From NCBI GenBank assembly GCA_017513085.1, contig JAFWDK010000031.1:1-49782 (forward strand): a DNA stretch of 49,782 nucleotides, read 5' to 3'. The DNA is from Clostridiales bacterium. Lineage in GTDB: Bacteria > Bacillota > Clostridia > Saccharofermentanales > Saccharofermentanaceae. Every line of letters begins with the position of its first letter. The first letter of the stretch is position 1. Positions 8,631-18,077 of the stretch are shown here, one piece after another. Under the pieces are notes generated by a model, which worked only from the letters and a program-made list of their open reading frames with translations, was not told the origin of the DNA and did no database searches. A program made the position numbers and the translations under genes.

Positions 8631-9362
8631 ATGAAATCAGACACAAACACCCGTGTTTATTCTAATAAAACAGATGCGGCCGGTTCGGCGGCGCTACGTC
8701 GGGAGTCTTTCCTCCAGAGAGCACTCCCGAAATATATGTTGGTTCCGCTCATTATCCTGATTGTGGGCAATCTGACTTCCTACTACGGGCCTCACTTTAT
8801 CAATGTTCTGCTGGGCCGTTCCTATGTCAATATGTCCAGCCGCCTGGACGACAAGATCACGGTCCTCCCGGCTTTTACCATCATCTATGTTCTGGCGTTC
8901 CCGTTTTGGTATCTCATTACGTATTACTATCTACGCAAGAGCGGTGAACATGCTTTCCGCTTCTCTTTGTCCAATCTCAGTGCCAAAATCACTTGTGCGC
9001 TGATCTTTATTCTCATTCCGTCTACTCTGGTAAGACCGGCGCTCACGGGATCCGGACTTTCGGTCCGGCTTTTGAGCCTGATCTATCGTAGTGATGCGCC
9101 GACGAATCTTTTTCCGTCGATACATTGTCTGGAGAGCTGGTTCTGCTTCCGCTGTATCTACGATGAAAGAGGTGTTCCGCTTTTGTTTAAAGCGGTTTCG
9201 TTCCTGTTCGCGGTGTTGATCTGTATGTCTACGGTTTTCACTAAACAGCACGTTCTTCTGGACATTCCGGCAGGTATACTTGTGGCAGAGCTTTTCTGGC
9301 GGCTGAACAGTCTCCATCCGATTCGTCGGTTTAATAAAAAACTCGGCCAACTATTCATGTAG
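8631..9362 (+). CDS. PAP2-superfamily membrane phosphatase/phosphotransferase
   Basis: Multiple TM helices; 'NLFPSIH' and 'TKQHVLLD' motifs. Confidence 0.8.
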   Translation: MKSDTNTRVYSNKTDAAGSAALRRESFLQRALPKYMLVPLIILIVGNLTSYYGPHFINVLLGRSYVNMSSRLDDKITVLPAFTIIYVLAFPFWYLITYYYLRKSGEHAFRFSLSNLSAKITCALIFILIPSTLVRPALTGSGLSVRLLSLIYRSDAPTNLFPSIHCLESWFCFRCIYDERGVPLLFKAVSFLFAVLICMSTVFTKQHVLLDIPAGILVAELFWRLNSLHPIRRFNKKLGQLFM

Positions 9363-9368
9363 ATCATA

Positions 9369-9397
9369 TTGCCAGAGTCTTGGGGGCAACGTATAAT
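9369..9397 (+). promoter_or_regulatory. Sigma-A promoter of the lipoprotein gene
   Basis: TTGCCA-N17-TATAAT. Confidence 0.65.
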
Positions 9398-9457
9398 ATC
9401 TTTTTGGTATGAAAATATTGTAAATATATAAGGCTACATAGTAGGAAGGGACAGAAT

Positions 9458-10726
9458 ATGAAGAGTTTCATTAAGAAGATCTCCGTGTTGCTTGCCGGCA
9501 CGATGCTATTAGGATCATTGAGCGCATGTGACTCGGGAAAGTGGAAAGCTAAGGCACAGGAAGCATTACCGGCTGCTTTTGATGACAGTACGATCGGCAC
9601 GATCTATTGCCAGGGAGAAGTGATCACCTTCCCGCTTAAAGTTCAGGACATGCTGGACAATGGTTTTAAGTATCCGAAGAACATTAAAGATATTGATGAT
9701 GAAACTCTGGATTCCAACTGGTCGACCGGTCTTCTGGAACTCCTTTCCAAGAACAATTCCAGTAAAACTGTCGAGATCAAGGCTATCAATATTGGAGAGG
9801 AAACTCTGAACCTTAAGGAGTGCTGGATCGAGACGATGTCGTTTACAAGCAAATCCGGAAATGTCATGCTTCCGGGCGCCATCGAGCTGGGCCAGAAGTT
9901 TGACAGTAAGGAAGCTTTTGAAGCAGCTCTTCCACAGGCTTTTCTGGCCAATGAGCCGATCGGTAACGAGTATAAGGCGGATTATGTATCCGGCGCGGAT
10001 CACTACGCCTGCACGATGAAGATCAAAGCTAAGGAATCAAATGGCAAGTATTCCATCGAGCAAGTTACTTTTGAAAGCGAGTATTACTATGACACCGTAT
10101 ACTTCCTCGACTCGGAGCTGAAGGCGGTAGTTCATAATGACAGTACGGAGTATTCCAAGATCTTCAATGAAGACATTTCCCAATACGCCAAAGACTGGAA
10201 AGATTCTGCTTACAACACTATCCTTAACCTCTATGGCTTCCAGCAGGATGCGCTCACTGATGAGCAGTATGCCAAGTTCGATAAATTCTTCGAAAAGATC
10301 CTGAAGGATGTGACATGGACGCTGGAAAGCAGCGACAAAGAAGTAAAAGCATCCTTCAGTTATCCGAATCTTGACGAGGAGCTGAATCAGGCATTCGAGG
10401 CGGCAATCGACGAATATGCTCAGACGAAGCAGGGGGTTACAGTTGATGAGATGAAAGTGGATCAGGATCTGATCAATGCTTTCATCGATAAACTCTGCGC
10501 AACCGAAACGGCAATCAAGTTCGAGAACGACGGTTCTTTTGTATTCGAAAAACTTGAAGGCGAAAGCATCTCTACTGAAGATTTTTCCGATCTCGTGTAT
10601 TCGTTCTTCGGCCTTTATGGTCCGATCAAAGAGTTCCGTGAAGGTGGACAGCCAGACGGGGCTTCTTCCGAAGAAACCACGATGACTACAGAAACAGCTA
10701 CAGAAACGACACAGGGCGCAGCCTGA
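9458..10726 (+). CDS. Lipoprotein of unknown function
   Basis: Signal peptide with lipobox LSAC; acidic/Thr-rich tail. Confidence 0.8.
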   Translation: MKSFIKKISVLLAGTMLLGSLSACDSGKWKAKAQEALPAAFDDSTIGTIYCQGEVITFPLKVQDMLDNGFKYPKNIKDIDDETLDSNWSTGLLELLSKNNSSKTVEIKAINIGEETLNLKECWIETMSFTSKSGNVMLPGAIELGQKFDSKEAFEAALPQAFLANEPIGNEYKADYVSGADHYACTMKIKAKESNGKYSIEQVTFESEYYYDTVYFLDSELKAVVHNDSTEYSKIFNEDISQYAKDWKDSAYNTILNLYGFQQDALTDEQYAKFDKFFEKILKDVTWTLESSDKEVKASFSYPNLDEELNQAFEAAIDEYAQTKQGVTVDEMKVDQDLINAFIDKLCATETAIKFENDGSFVFEKLEGESISTEDFSDLVYSFFGLYGPIKEFREGGQPDGASSEETTMTTETATETTQGAA

Positions 10727-10748
10727 TTATTGAATCCTCAATAAGAAT

Positions 10749-10788
10749 GGCCGTTTGCGGGAAATCTCCGTAGACGGCCTTTTTGTTT
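10749..10788 (+). terminator. Rho-independent terminator between convergent genes
   Basis: GGCCGTTTGCGG...CCGTAGACGGCC followed by TTTTTGTTT. Confidence 0.75.
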
Positions 10789-10814
10789 GAGTAGGTAAGT
10801 GCTTTTCGCGTATC

Positions 10815-12458
10815 TTAAACAGTGAACTTGATCACGTTCCAGGAGAGAGGTTTGACGTGTGTGTGGAACGATCCGTCGGAGAATTCAGCGTCGGTAACTG
10901 CTTTGGGTGCAAAGAGCGTGTCGTGATCGGGCTGAGTGACGATGGAGAGATCTTCGCTGGAAATCTCGGTGTGCTCAAAGGTAAAGGTGACGGGAGCAGA
11001 TGCAGCTGAAGATTCGGCGGTGCGGGTCAATTTGCCGTCGAAGCCGCGCAGATCGATCGTCACCGGATAGTTTTCGCTTTCATTACGGTTGATGATAAAG
11101 ACGGTCAGTACTCCTTTTTCCGCATCCCAGGCAGAGGCACTGTCGATGTACGGAATGCCGTCCTTCCCGGTGTATTGCGAGGTGTCATCGATGGCGTAGC
11201 CGGGAAGATCGAAGGTTTCAGAATCTACTTTGACCTGCATGGATGTGCCACGTGCCAGTTCCAGAAGCGCCATGAAACAATAGTGTGAAGCAGTTCTCCA
11301 GACTGTGTCGTGATTGGAGGCACAGAGCGCGAAGAGACCGCCGGTCATGCAGCCGATCTTGACGCGGTCGGCGTGACGGAGAAGGGCAAGCTGGATGGAT
11401 GCCATGGAGAGCATATGCTCCATATCTCCTCCCGGGAACGGGCGGTCCGGCATATTATCCGGATCGTGCAGGATGTACTTTCTTTCCGGGTCGACACGGT
11501 AGTGTACACGTGCCATGTTATATCTGCCCCAACCCGGATTCAGAGGAGAGTTCGGTCGGATCATGCCACCGAATTCGTCGAAGGAAAGCATCATCTTTTT
11601 CGGCGAACGATGCTTGGAAGCTACGTAGTCGAACATGGCGACTTCGGTATTGATGTAATCCTCATAGTAGTGGGAACCGCCCAGAAGAGCGAGCATATCG
11701 CCCGGAGGCGCACTGTGGTAGTGGTGGACGGAAACATAATCTACAACGTCGTAGCACTGGTCCAGGACTTTCTCATCCCACTCCGGGAAATGCTCCATAA
11801 AAGGCGCCGAAGAACCACAGACCGCCGTCTTGATCTTCGGATCGATCCACTTCAGTGCTTTGGACAGCTCGTGACAACGGACACCGTAACCGAAGGGGTC
11901 CTTCTCCCAGGAACCGAGCTGCCAGTGTCCATCCATTTCATTTCCGAGATACCAGGTGTCTACGCCATACGGCTTTTCATGACCATTCTTTCTGCGAAGA
12001 TCGGACCAGTACGTGCCGCCTTCGTGGTTGGTGTATTCTACCAGATCCATGGCATCCTGCATCGTACCGGTGCCAAGGTTGATGGTATATAGCGGCGCTG
12101 TGCCGACTTTTTCCGCCCATTGGAGATATTCGTCGTGGCCGACATCGTTCGTGATGTACTGGAACCAGGCAGGATCAAGATGAACTTTGCGCTGCTCTTT
12201 CGGACCGATGGAATCCTTCCATTGCCATGCAGACACGAAGTTTCCGCCCGGAAGACGGACGGCGGGCAGACCTGTTGCGGCAAGAGCCTGAATGAAGTCG
12301 GTACGGAAGCCCTGCTCATCCGCGGTCGGATGTTTCGGGTTATACATGGTTCCGTTGACCATGGTTCCGATCGGTTCGAGAAAAGCACTGAACAATCGTG
12401 GCGAGATCTCTCCGATCTGAAAGTCCGGGTGGATAGTGATCCTTGCGCGTCTGGGCAT
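10815..12458 (-). CDS. GH51 alpha-L-arabinofuranosidase
   Basis: 'RLPGGNFVS', 'WYLGNEMDG' acid/base, 'SFDE' nucleophile; no signal peptide. Confidence 0.9.
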   Translation of the reverse strand: MPRRARITIHPDFQIGEISPRLFSAFLEPIGTMVNGTMYNPKHPTADEQGFRTDFIQALAATGLPAVRLPGGNFVSAWQWKDSIGPKEQRKVHLDPAWFQYITNDVGHDEYLQWAEKVGTAPLYTINLGTGTMQDAMDLVEYTNHEGGTYWSDLRRKNGHEKPYGVDTWYLGNEMDGHWQLGSWEKDPFGYGVRCHELSKALKWIDPKIKTAVCGSSAPFMEHFPEWDEKVLDQCYDVVDYVSVHHYHSAPPGDMLALLGGSHYYEDYINTEVAMFDYVASKHRSPKKMMLSFDEFGGMIRPNSPLNPGWGRYNMARVHYRVDPERKYILHDPDNMPDRPFPGGDMEHMLSMASIQLALLRHADRVKIGCMTGGLFALCASNHDTVWRTASHYCFMALLELARGTSMQVKVDSETFDLPGYAIDDTSQYTGKDGIPYIDSASAWDAEKGVLTVFIINRNESENYPVTIDLRGFDGKLTRTAESSAASAPVTFTFEHTEISSEDLSIVTQPDHDTLFAPKAVTDAEFSDGSFHTHVKPLSWNVIKFTV

Positions 12459-12473
12459 AGTAAGTACCTCCTG

Positions 12474-13886
12474 TTATTTGTTTTCTGCCAAAGCAGTATC
12501 GTCTCCTGTCGAGATCTTCTTGATCCATTTCCTTCCGCGGAGCCTGAGCACACACCAGATCGTCTTGGCGATCTGGTCAGACTTAAGGAAGAAATAGATC
12601 CAGAATGGTGGAAGTTTCAAAATAAAGCCGGCCAGGCATCCTAGTGGAATAGCCAGGATCCAAAGGAAGATATTATCGGCCAGCATCAGCATGGTCGTAT
12701 CGCCACCGCCACGGAGTACGCCTTTGGTCATGATGCTGTTCGTTGCCTGAAAGAGTATGATCAGACTTATCGCGTTTAGTAGCTGGTAAGCGATCGAAAC
12801 GGCCTCTGCAGTTGTTTCTTTGCCGTAAGAAGCGATGACGGGAGTTTTCGTAAAGAAGATGAAGAGTGCCGAAAGAAAGCCGAGAGCAAATCCCAAGCCC
12901 AGGAAGAGCCATCCTTGCTCTTCTGCTTTGTCCCGCTTTCCATGCCCGAGTGTTTGACCGGTGATGATCGCGCCGGCCTGGCAGACACCCTGGATCAGGA
13001 CGGTACTCAGTTGTTGTGTGATCGTCGTGATCGAATTGGCGGCAACAAAGTTTTCACCGAGATGCCCGATGACGATCGTGACTGTATTATTGCCTAAAGC
13101 AAGGATCGCGTCGCTGACGAGCACAGGAATGCAGACACGGATATATTCGTGAAGCAGAGAGCGCGTATTCATGAAGAAATGACGGATCCGGTATCCGATC
13201 TTCTTGTCGTAGACCATAAGGTAGATCAAATCTGCCAACGCTTCACAGACACGGGCGGCGAATGTCGCGATCGCAGCACCGGCAATGCCCATCTTCGGCG
13301 CACCGAAATGACCGAAGATCAGGATGTAGTTTCCACCGAGATTGACGAACAGCGCGCCAATCGAAACATAGAGAGGAAAACGGGACTGACCGACACTACG
13401 TAGAACGATAGCGATGACCAGAGAGATACCCAGGAAAAAGAACGTCAGTGTGGAGTAGCGGAGATAGGTAGCACCTAGATCGACAAACACATCCACATCC
13501 GTGTACATCCGCATGATAAGCCGTGGAATCAGGATGGAGCCGATTGCAAATATCGTAGCAAAGACCAACATCAGACGAAGCATCAACGTGATGGTCTGCT
13601 TCAGTGCTTTTTCCGCCTTCTCGACTTCCGTGTTGGCCTTCTTCATGCCGTAGTAGCGGGAAACGAGGACAGAGGCGCCCATGCCGAGTCCCATGCAAAA
13701 GATCTGGAAAAAACTGATGTAGGCATTGGCCAGGGAGGCCGCGGAGAATGAGTCCTGCGAGTGGTGGCTGAGCATGATGTTGTCGAGCATGCCGACGAAA
13801 ACCGTTACAAATGTCTGAAGCGCTATCGGAAAACCCAGAACCAGAACGCTTTTATAGAAAGGCTTGTCTTTCTTAAACAGTTTCAT
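12474..13886 (-). CDS. MATE family efflux transporter
   Basis: ~12 TM helices; 'DNIML', 'MGIAGAAIAT', 'LRGGGD'. Confidence 0.9.
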   Translation of the reverse strand: MKLFKKDKPFYKSVLVLGFPIALQTFVTVFVGMLDNIMLSHHSQDSFSAASLANAYISFFQIFCMGLGMGASVLVSRYYGMKKANTEVEKAEKALKQTITLMLRLMLVFATIFAIGSILIPRLIMRMYTDVDVFVDLGATYLRYSTLTFFFLGISLVIAIVLRSVGQSRFPLYVSIGALFVNLGGNYILIFGHFGAPKMGIAGAAIATFAARVCEALADLIYLMVYDKKIGYRIRHFFMNTRSLLHEYIRVCIPVLVSDAILALGNNTVTIVIGHLGENFVAANSITTITQQLSTVLIQGVCQAGAIITGQTLGHGKRDKAEEQGWLFLGLGFALGFLSALFIFFTKTPVIASYGKETTAEAVSIAYQLLNAISLIILFQATNSIMTKGVLRGGGDTTMLMLADNIFLWILAIPLGCLAGFILKLPPFWIYFFLKSDQIAKTIWCVLRLRGRKWIKKISTGDDTALAENK

Positions 13887-14032
13887 GAAGTACTTTCTTG
13901 CCAGAATAAATTACATATTTCCCCAATACAGAAAAATATTCTATCACAGAAGAAGTCCGCACAACACCTGATAAAGTATAGAAAAGACCTTGCCGTTTCA
14001 TTTGAATCTTTCGGCAGAAGAACTTCCCCGGA

Positions 14033-15379
14033 TTAATAGTGATAGATCTTCTTCTTTTTGACCAGAAGCGTAACAGTGACGATCAGCGCGAGGATCTCGG
14101 CGGTCAGGCTTGCCGCCCAAACGCCGTTCAGATCGAAGAACAGCGGCAGGATCAGGATCGCAAGGACTTCAAAGAGCAATGTCCTCAGGAACGAAATGAA
14201 AGCGGAGACCCGGCTGTTGTGCAGGGCCGTGAAGAAGGCGGATGTGAAGACCGCAAGTCCCATGACCATGTAAGACAGACTGTGAAGGGAGAAGCCTTCT
14301 TCTGTCATGTGCAGTAATTCTTCATCGTGACCGAAGAACAGTGCGGCAAAAGGACCTTCGATACAAAGCGCGATACCATAGAGAATAAATCCCATGATGA
14401 CTACGAAGGTGGCGCTGCGCTTGAAGGTGTTGTGAAGCCCGGTAAAGTTTTGCTCTTCGTACTGGTAACTGAAGATCGGCGCAACACCTACTGCAAATCC
14501 GAGGAATACAGCGCCGAAAAGAAAGCCTACGTTCATGAGCACACCATAGGCGGCAACACCATTCATGCCGACCAGCTGCATGAGTTTATAGTTGTACATG
14601 ACGCTGGCCAGAGGATGGAAGATCTCGCTGACAAACTCGGAAAGACCATTCCAGCAGACCGGACCGAGGACCTTCTTCATGAAATGCGGACGGACGAAAT
14701 GAATATCGATATTCTTGCTTCCCGCGATGTAGAGGAAAGGCACGATACCGCCGAAATACTGAGAAACCGCTGTTGCAAAAGCGGCGCCGGCGACGCCTTG
14801 GTCGAAGAGCCCGACGAACACGAAGTCCAGGATCAGGTTGAGTGCGGCCGAAACAAGGTTGATCGCAAGACCGATCTTCGGGTGCTCGGCGGCAGTCAGA
14901 AAGCTCTGGAAAACATTCTGCAAAACATAAAACGGGATGCAGGAGATCAGGATACGCCCGTACTTCAGGCAGATCGGGAGCATCTCGGCATCAGCGCCCA
15001 TGATCTTCGCGATCGGCTCAAGAAGAAAATCACCGAGCGCAGCAAGTACGATAGACCCGACAATGGAAACGGCGGTCAGGAATGAGAAGACCTGGCTGGC
15101 TTTTTCTTTCTCGCCGCGGGCCAAAGCCTGTGCTATGACGGCACTACCACCACCGCCGATCATGTAGGCGACCGCACCGATCAGGAGCGGAAGAGGAGTG
15201 ATCAAAGTAACTGCGGAAAACGCTTCTTTGCCGACATAGTTGTTGATGTAAAGACCATCGACCACGCCGTACATAGACGTGAACAGCATCATCAGGATCG
15301 TCGGAATGACGAAGCGGAAAAGACGACCATATGTAAAATTGTCGGATAAACGGATACGCTTATTGTCAAGATGATTCAT
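14033..15379 (-). CDS. MATE family efflux transporter
   Basis: 'YGVVDGLYINNYVG', 'NLILDFVFV', 'GVAGAAFAT'. Confidence 0.9.
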   Translation of the reverse strand: MNHLDNKRIRLSDNFTYGRLFRFVIPTILMMLFTSMYGVVDGLYINNYVGKEAFSAVTLITPLPLLIGAVAYMIGGGGSAVIAQALARGEKEKASQVFSFLTAVSIVGSIVLAALGDFLLEPIAKIMGADAEMLPICLKYGRILISCIPFYVLQNVFQSFLTAAEHPKIGLAINLVSAALNLILDFVFVGLFDQGVAGAAFATAVSQYFGGIVPFLYIAGSKNIDIHFVRPHFMKKVLGPVCWNGLSEFVSEIFHPLASVMYNYKLMQLVGMNGVAAYGVLMNVGFLFGAVFLGFAVGVAPIFSYQYEEQNFTGLHNTFKRSATFVVIMGFILYGIALCIEGPFAALFFGHDEELLHMTEEGFSLHSLSYMVMGLAVFTSAFFTALHNSRVSAFISFLRTLLFEVLAILILPLFFDLNGVWAASLTAEILALIVTVTLLVKKKKIYHY

Positions 15380-15557
15380 AAATCAACAAGTCTCCATTGA
15401 CCGGATATAGATTCCAAGTGCCGGGCACCTGGTTATTCTCTTTTTCTATTGAAACAACCATTAGTTTACAGAAAAGCCCCCGAATTGACAAGAATCAGAA
15501 AGGGCCGGCCTCGAATAGTGTATAATATATTCACGTAAAAAGAGAGGGAGAATAAGT

Positions 15558-17561
15558 ATGAAAAGAAAACTCGTCAGCTCACTATTGGCTTTTACTCTGA
15601 TATTGGGTCTTACGTCGTGTAAGATGCCGCAAAAACATGTTGAAACGACACCCTCCGATCTTCCTACGCATACGACATATGCGGACGAGATCGTTGAGTC
15701 GCAGGAACCCGAAGAGACTTTGCCTGATTACCCGTGTGTAAATCCGGCCTTTGACGGATTATCGGCAGAGGAGATCTGCAGCATGCTTTCACTTGAGGAT
15801 AAGGCGGCGCAGATGGTGCAGGGTGCATGCTATCTGATGGATAAGGAAGACATGCAGGACAAGTGCTATGGTTCAGTGCTTTCCTATGATCAGTCTTTGT
15901 GGCCGTCCTTCACTTTGGAACAGTGGCAGGAACGTGTGCGCGGTTTCCAGGAGGCTGCTCTGCTTTCGCAGACAAGGATCCCGTATATATATGGAAACGA
16001 TTTTTTGCACGGCATCAACAGTGCTTCGGGAACGGTGATCTTTCCGCACAACATCAATCTTGGCGCGGCAGATGACGAAGCGCTTACTTTCGAAATGGGC
16101 GTGCTGACGGGAAGTGATATGGTCCACAGCGGCATGCTTTGGAATTTCTCTCCTTGTGTGGCTGCTGCGCAGGATCCGCGTTGGGGCCGTACCTATGAGT
16201 CGTATTCGAATGACGAAAGTGTCGTCAGACGACTGGCAGTCGCTTATTCCAATGGCCTTTTATCACAGGGCGTCGTGGTTTGCGGCAAGCATTTCCTTGG
16301 TGACGGATATACGAAATACGGAACAGGTGAAGATAGCGATGTTGACCGGCTCATCGATCGTGGCGATGCACAGATGAGTGAAGAGCAGATCAAAGAGAGC
16401 CTGGATACGTACAAAGCACTGATCGATGCGGGTGTGCAGTCCATCATGCTTTCCCATTCTTCGGTCAACGGCGTGAAAATGCATGAAAACGGTGAATTGA
16501 TCCGTAAACTCAAAGAAGAGTATGGCTTCGAGGGAGTGATACTGTCTGACTGGGATTCCCTGCACAATTGCTCAGGCGAATCTTTTAAAGATAATGTGAT
16601 CCTCTGTGTAAATGCCGGTATCGATATGTTTATGGAAGCTGAGCAGTTTGAGGCGACCAGACAGTACATCATCGAGGGTGTCGAAGAAGGAAGTATCTCC
16701 AGCGAGCGTATAGACGATGCTGTGACCAGGATACTCAGAATGAAGATCAACTGCGGCCTTTTCAATGACCCGTTCGGTGAGGAACGTGAGCCGTCCTACG
16801 AATGGAATTCGAAGCATGAACACGAGGTTGCCCGCGAATTGGCGGCCAAGTCCATGGTTCCGTTGAAACTCCCGGAATCCGGTCCTATGAAACTGGAAGA
16901 AGGAAAAAAAGTCTTTGTAATGGGCCCTGCAGCCAATGATTCCGGCGCGCTTTGTGGCGGCTGGACATACATATGGCAAGGATTGAGCGATGCGGAAAAC
17001 GACGGTGAGCATTGGTGCAAAGAAGGCCCGACGATCTTAGAGGCGCTTCAGGCAAACCAGGCCGAAGGTGGATATGAGATCATTACCGATAAAGAGAGGA
17101 TCGACGAATGCGATATGATCCTTCTTTGTGTAGGTGAGATCCCTTATGCTGAGTGGGTCGGCGATACGGAGGATCTGAAAATCGACGGTGAGCTTGGTCT
17201 TGATGGAAACAAAGCAGCTATCGAGTGGGCCCGAGATTCCGGAAAACCAACATTGACACTGATCGTGGCGGGCCGTAACGTAATCATCGATGAATATGTA
17301 GAAAACTGGAATGAGGTCATCATGTGCTATCTTCCGGGATCTGAAGGTGGAAATGCAGTCGTGGACATTCTGACCGGTGCGGTTGAATTCAACGGACGTC
17401 TTCCGATGCCGTACTATTCTTCTGTCTCCCAGATCGGTTCGGAGGAAGGAGAGTGCTGGCTGCCGGCAGGTTATTCCGCTGCAGTGAAGAACAGCACCGA
17501 GAACGCAACAGACGGATCGGACGCTTCTGAGACTTCAGAAACAGAAAGCAATCAGGACTAA
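15558..17561 (+). CDS. GH3 beta-glucosidase-like lipoprotein
   Basis: Lipobox LTSC; 'DPRWGRTYES', 'KHFLGDG', 'LSDW' nucleophile, 'GEIPYAE'. Confidence 0.9.
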   Translation: MKRKLVSSLLAFTLILGLTSCKMPQKHVETTPSDLPTHTTYADEIVESQEPEETLPDYPCVNPAFDGLSAEEICSMLSLEDKAAQMVQGACYLMDKEDMQDKCYGSVLSYDQSLWPSFTLEQWQERVRGFQEAALLSQTRIPYIYGNDFLHGINSASGTVIFPHNINLGAADDEALTFEMGVLTGSDMVHSGMLWNFSPCVAAAQDPRWGRTYESYSNDESVVRRLAVAYSNGLLSQGVVVCGKHFLGDGYTKYGTGEDSDVDRLIDRGDAQMSEEQIKESLDTYKALIDAGVQSIMLSHSSVNGVKMHENGELIRKLKEEYGFEGVILSDWDSLHNCSGESFKDNVILCVNAGIDMFMEAEQFEATRQYIIEGVEEGSISSERIDDAVTRILRMKINCGLFNDPFGEEREPSYEWNSKHEHEVARELAAKSMVPLKLPESGPMKLEEGKKVFVMGPAANDSGALCGGWTYIWQGLSDAENDGEHWCKEGPTILEALQANQAEGGYEIITDKERIDECDMILLCVGEIPYAEWVGDTEDLKIDGELGLDGNKAAIEWARDSGKPTLTLIVAGRNVIIDEYVENWNEVIMCYLPGSEGGNAVVDILTGAVEFNGRLPMPYYSSVSQIGSEEGECWLPAGYSAAVKNSTENATDGSDASETSETESNQD

Positions 17562-17585
17562 TACGCCAAAGAGAAGGGTGATGAG

Positions 17586-17978
17586 ATGAGCGAAGAAAAA
17601 CAACCATACGGGTTCTGTGAAAACTGTGCGGAACCTTTCGATAAACCATATACGCATTGCCCTTTCTGCGGAAAGCCTAACCTGAGACTCGATCAGCAGC
17701 TTCAGAGCGCCAAGAGCAGAACAGAAGAATTGCTTCAACAACAGATGAAGGCGAATCGGGAATGGGCAGCCGCCAACCGCAAGGAAGTAAATGACATGGT
17801 GGATGCACAGCATGAAGCGAATCTGAAGGAGATGAAAGCGAAGCTCAAACCTTCTTTGGGCTCTTCAGGTACGAAAAGCCGTCCGGCCGGAGGATCTTCC
17901 GGAAAGATCGGGACAGTGATTGCTGCAATCGTTCTTCTGATCGTGGCAGTTGCAGTCCTCGCCTGGTTTTTCAGTTAA
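17586..17978 (+). CDS. Small zinc-ribbon protein with C-terminal TM anchor
   Basis: CENC...CPFCG, coiled segment, hydrophobic C-terminus. Confidence 0.7.
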   Translation: MSEEKQPYGFCENCAEPFDKPYTHCPFCGKPNLRLDQQLQSAKSRTEELLQQQMKANREWAAANRKEVNDMVDAQHEANLKEMKAKLKPSLGSSGTKSRPAGGSSGKIGTVIAAIVLLIVAVAVLAWFFS

Positions 17979-18000
17979 AACTGATTTTGTGTATAAGAAG

Positions 18001-18041
18001 ATCCCCTGAGAAACACTTTCTGTTGTCTCAGGGGATTTTTT
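18001..18041. terminator. Terminator between convergent genes
   Basis: ATCCCCTGAGA...TCTCAGGGGAT plus T-run. Confidence 0.75.
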
Positions 18042-18077
18042 ACATGCTTGATTTACGCTCAGATCTTGCTCTTTCCG

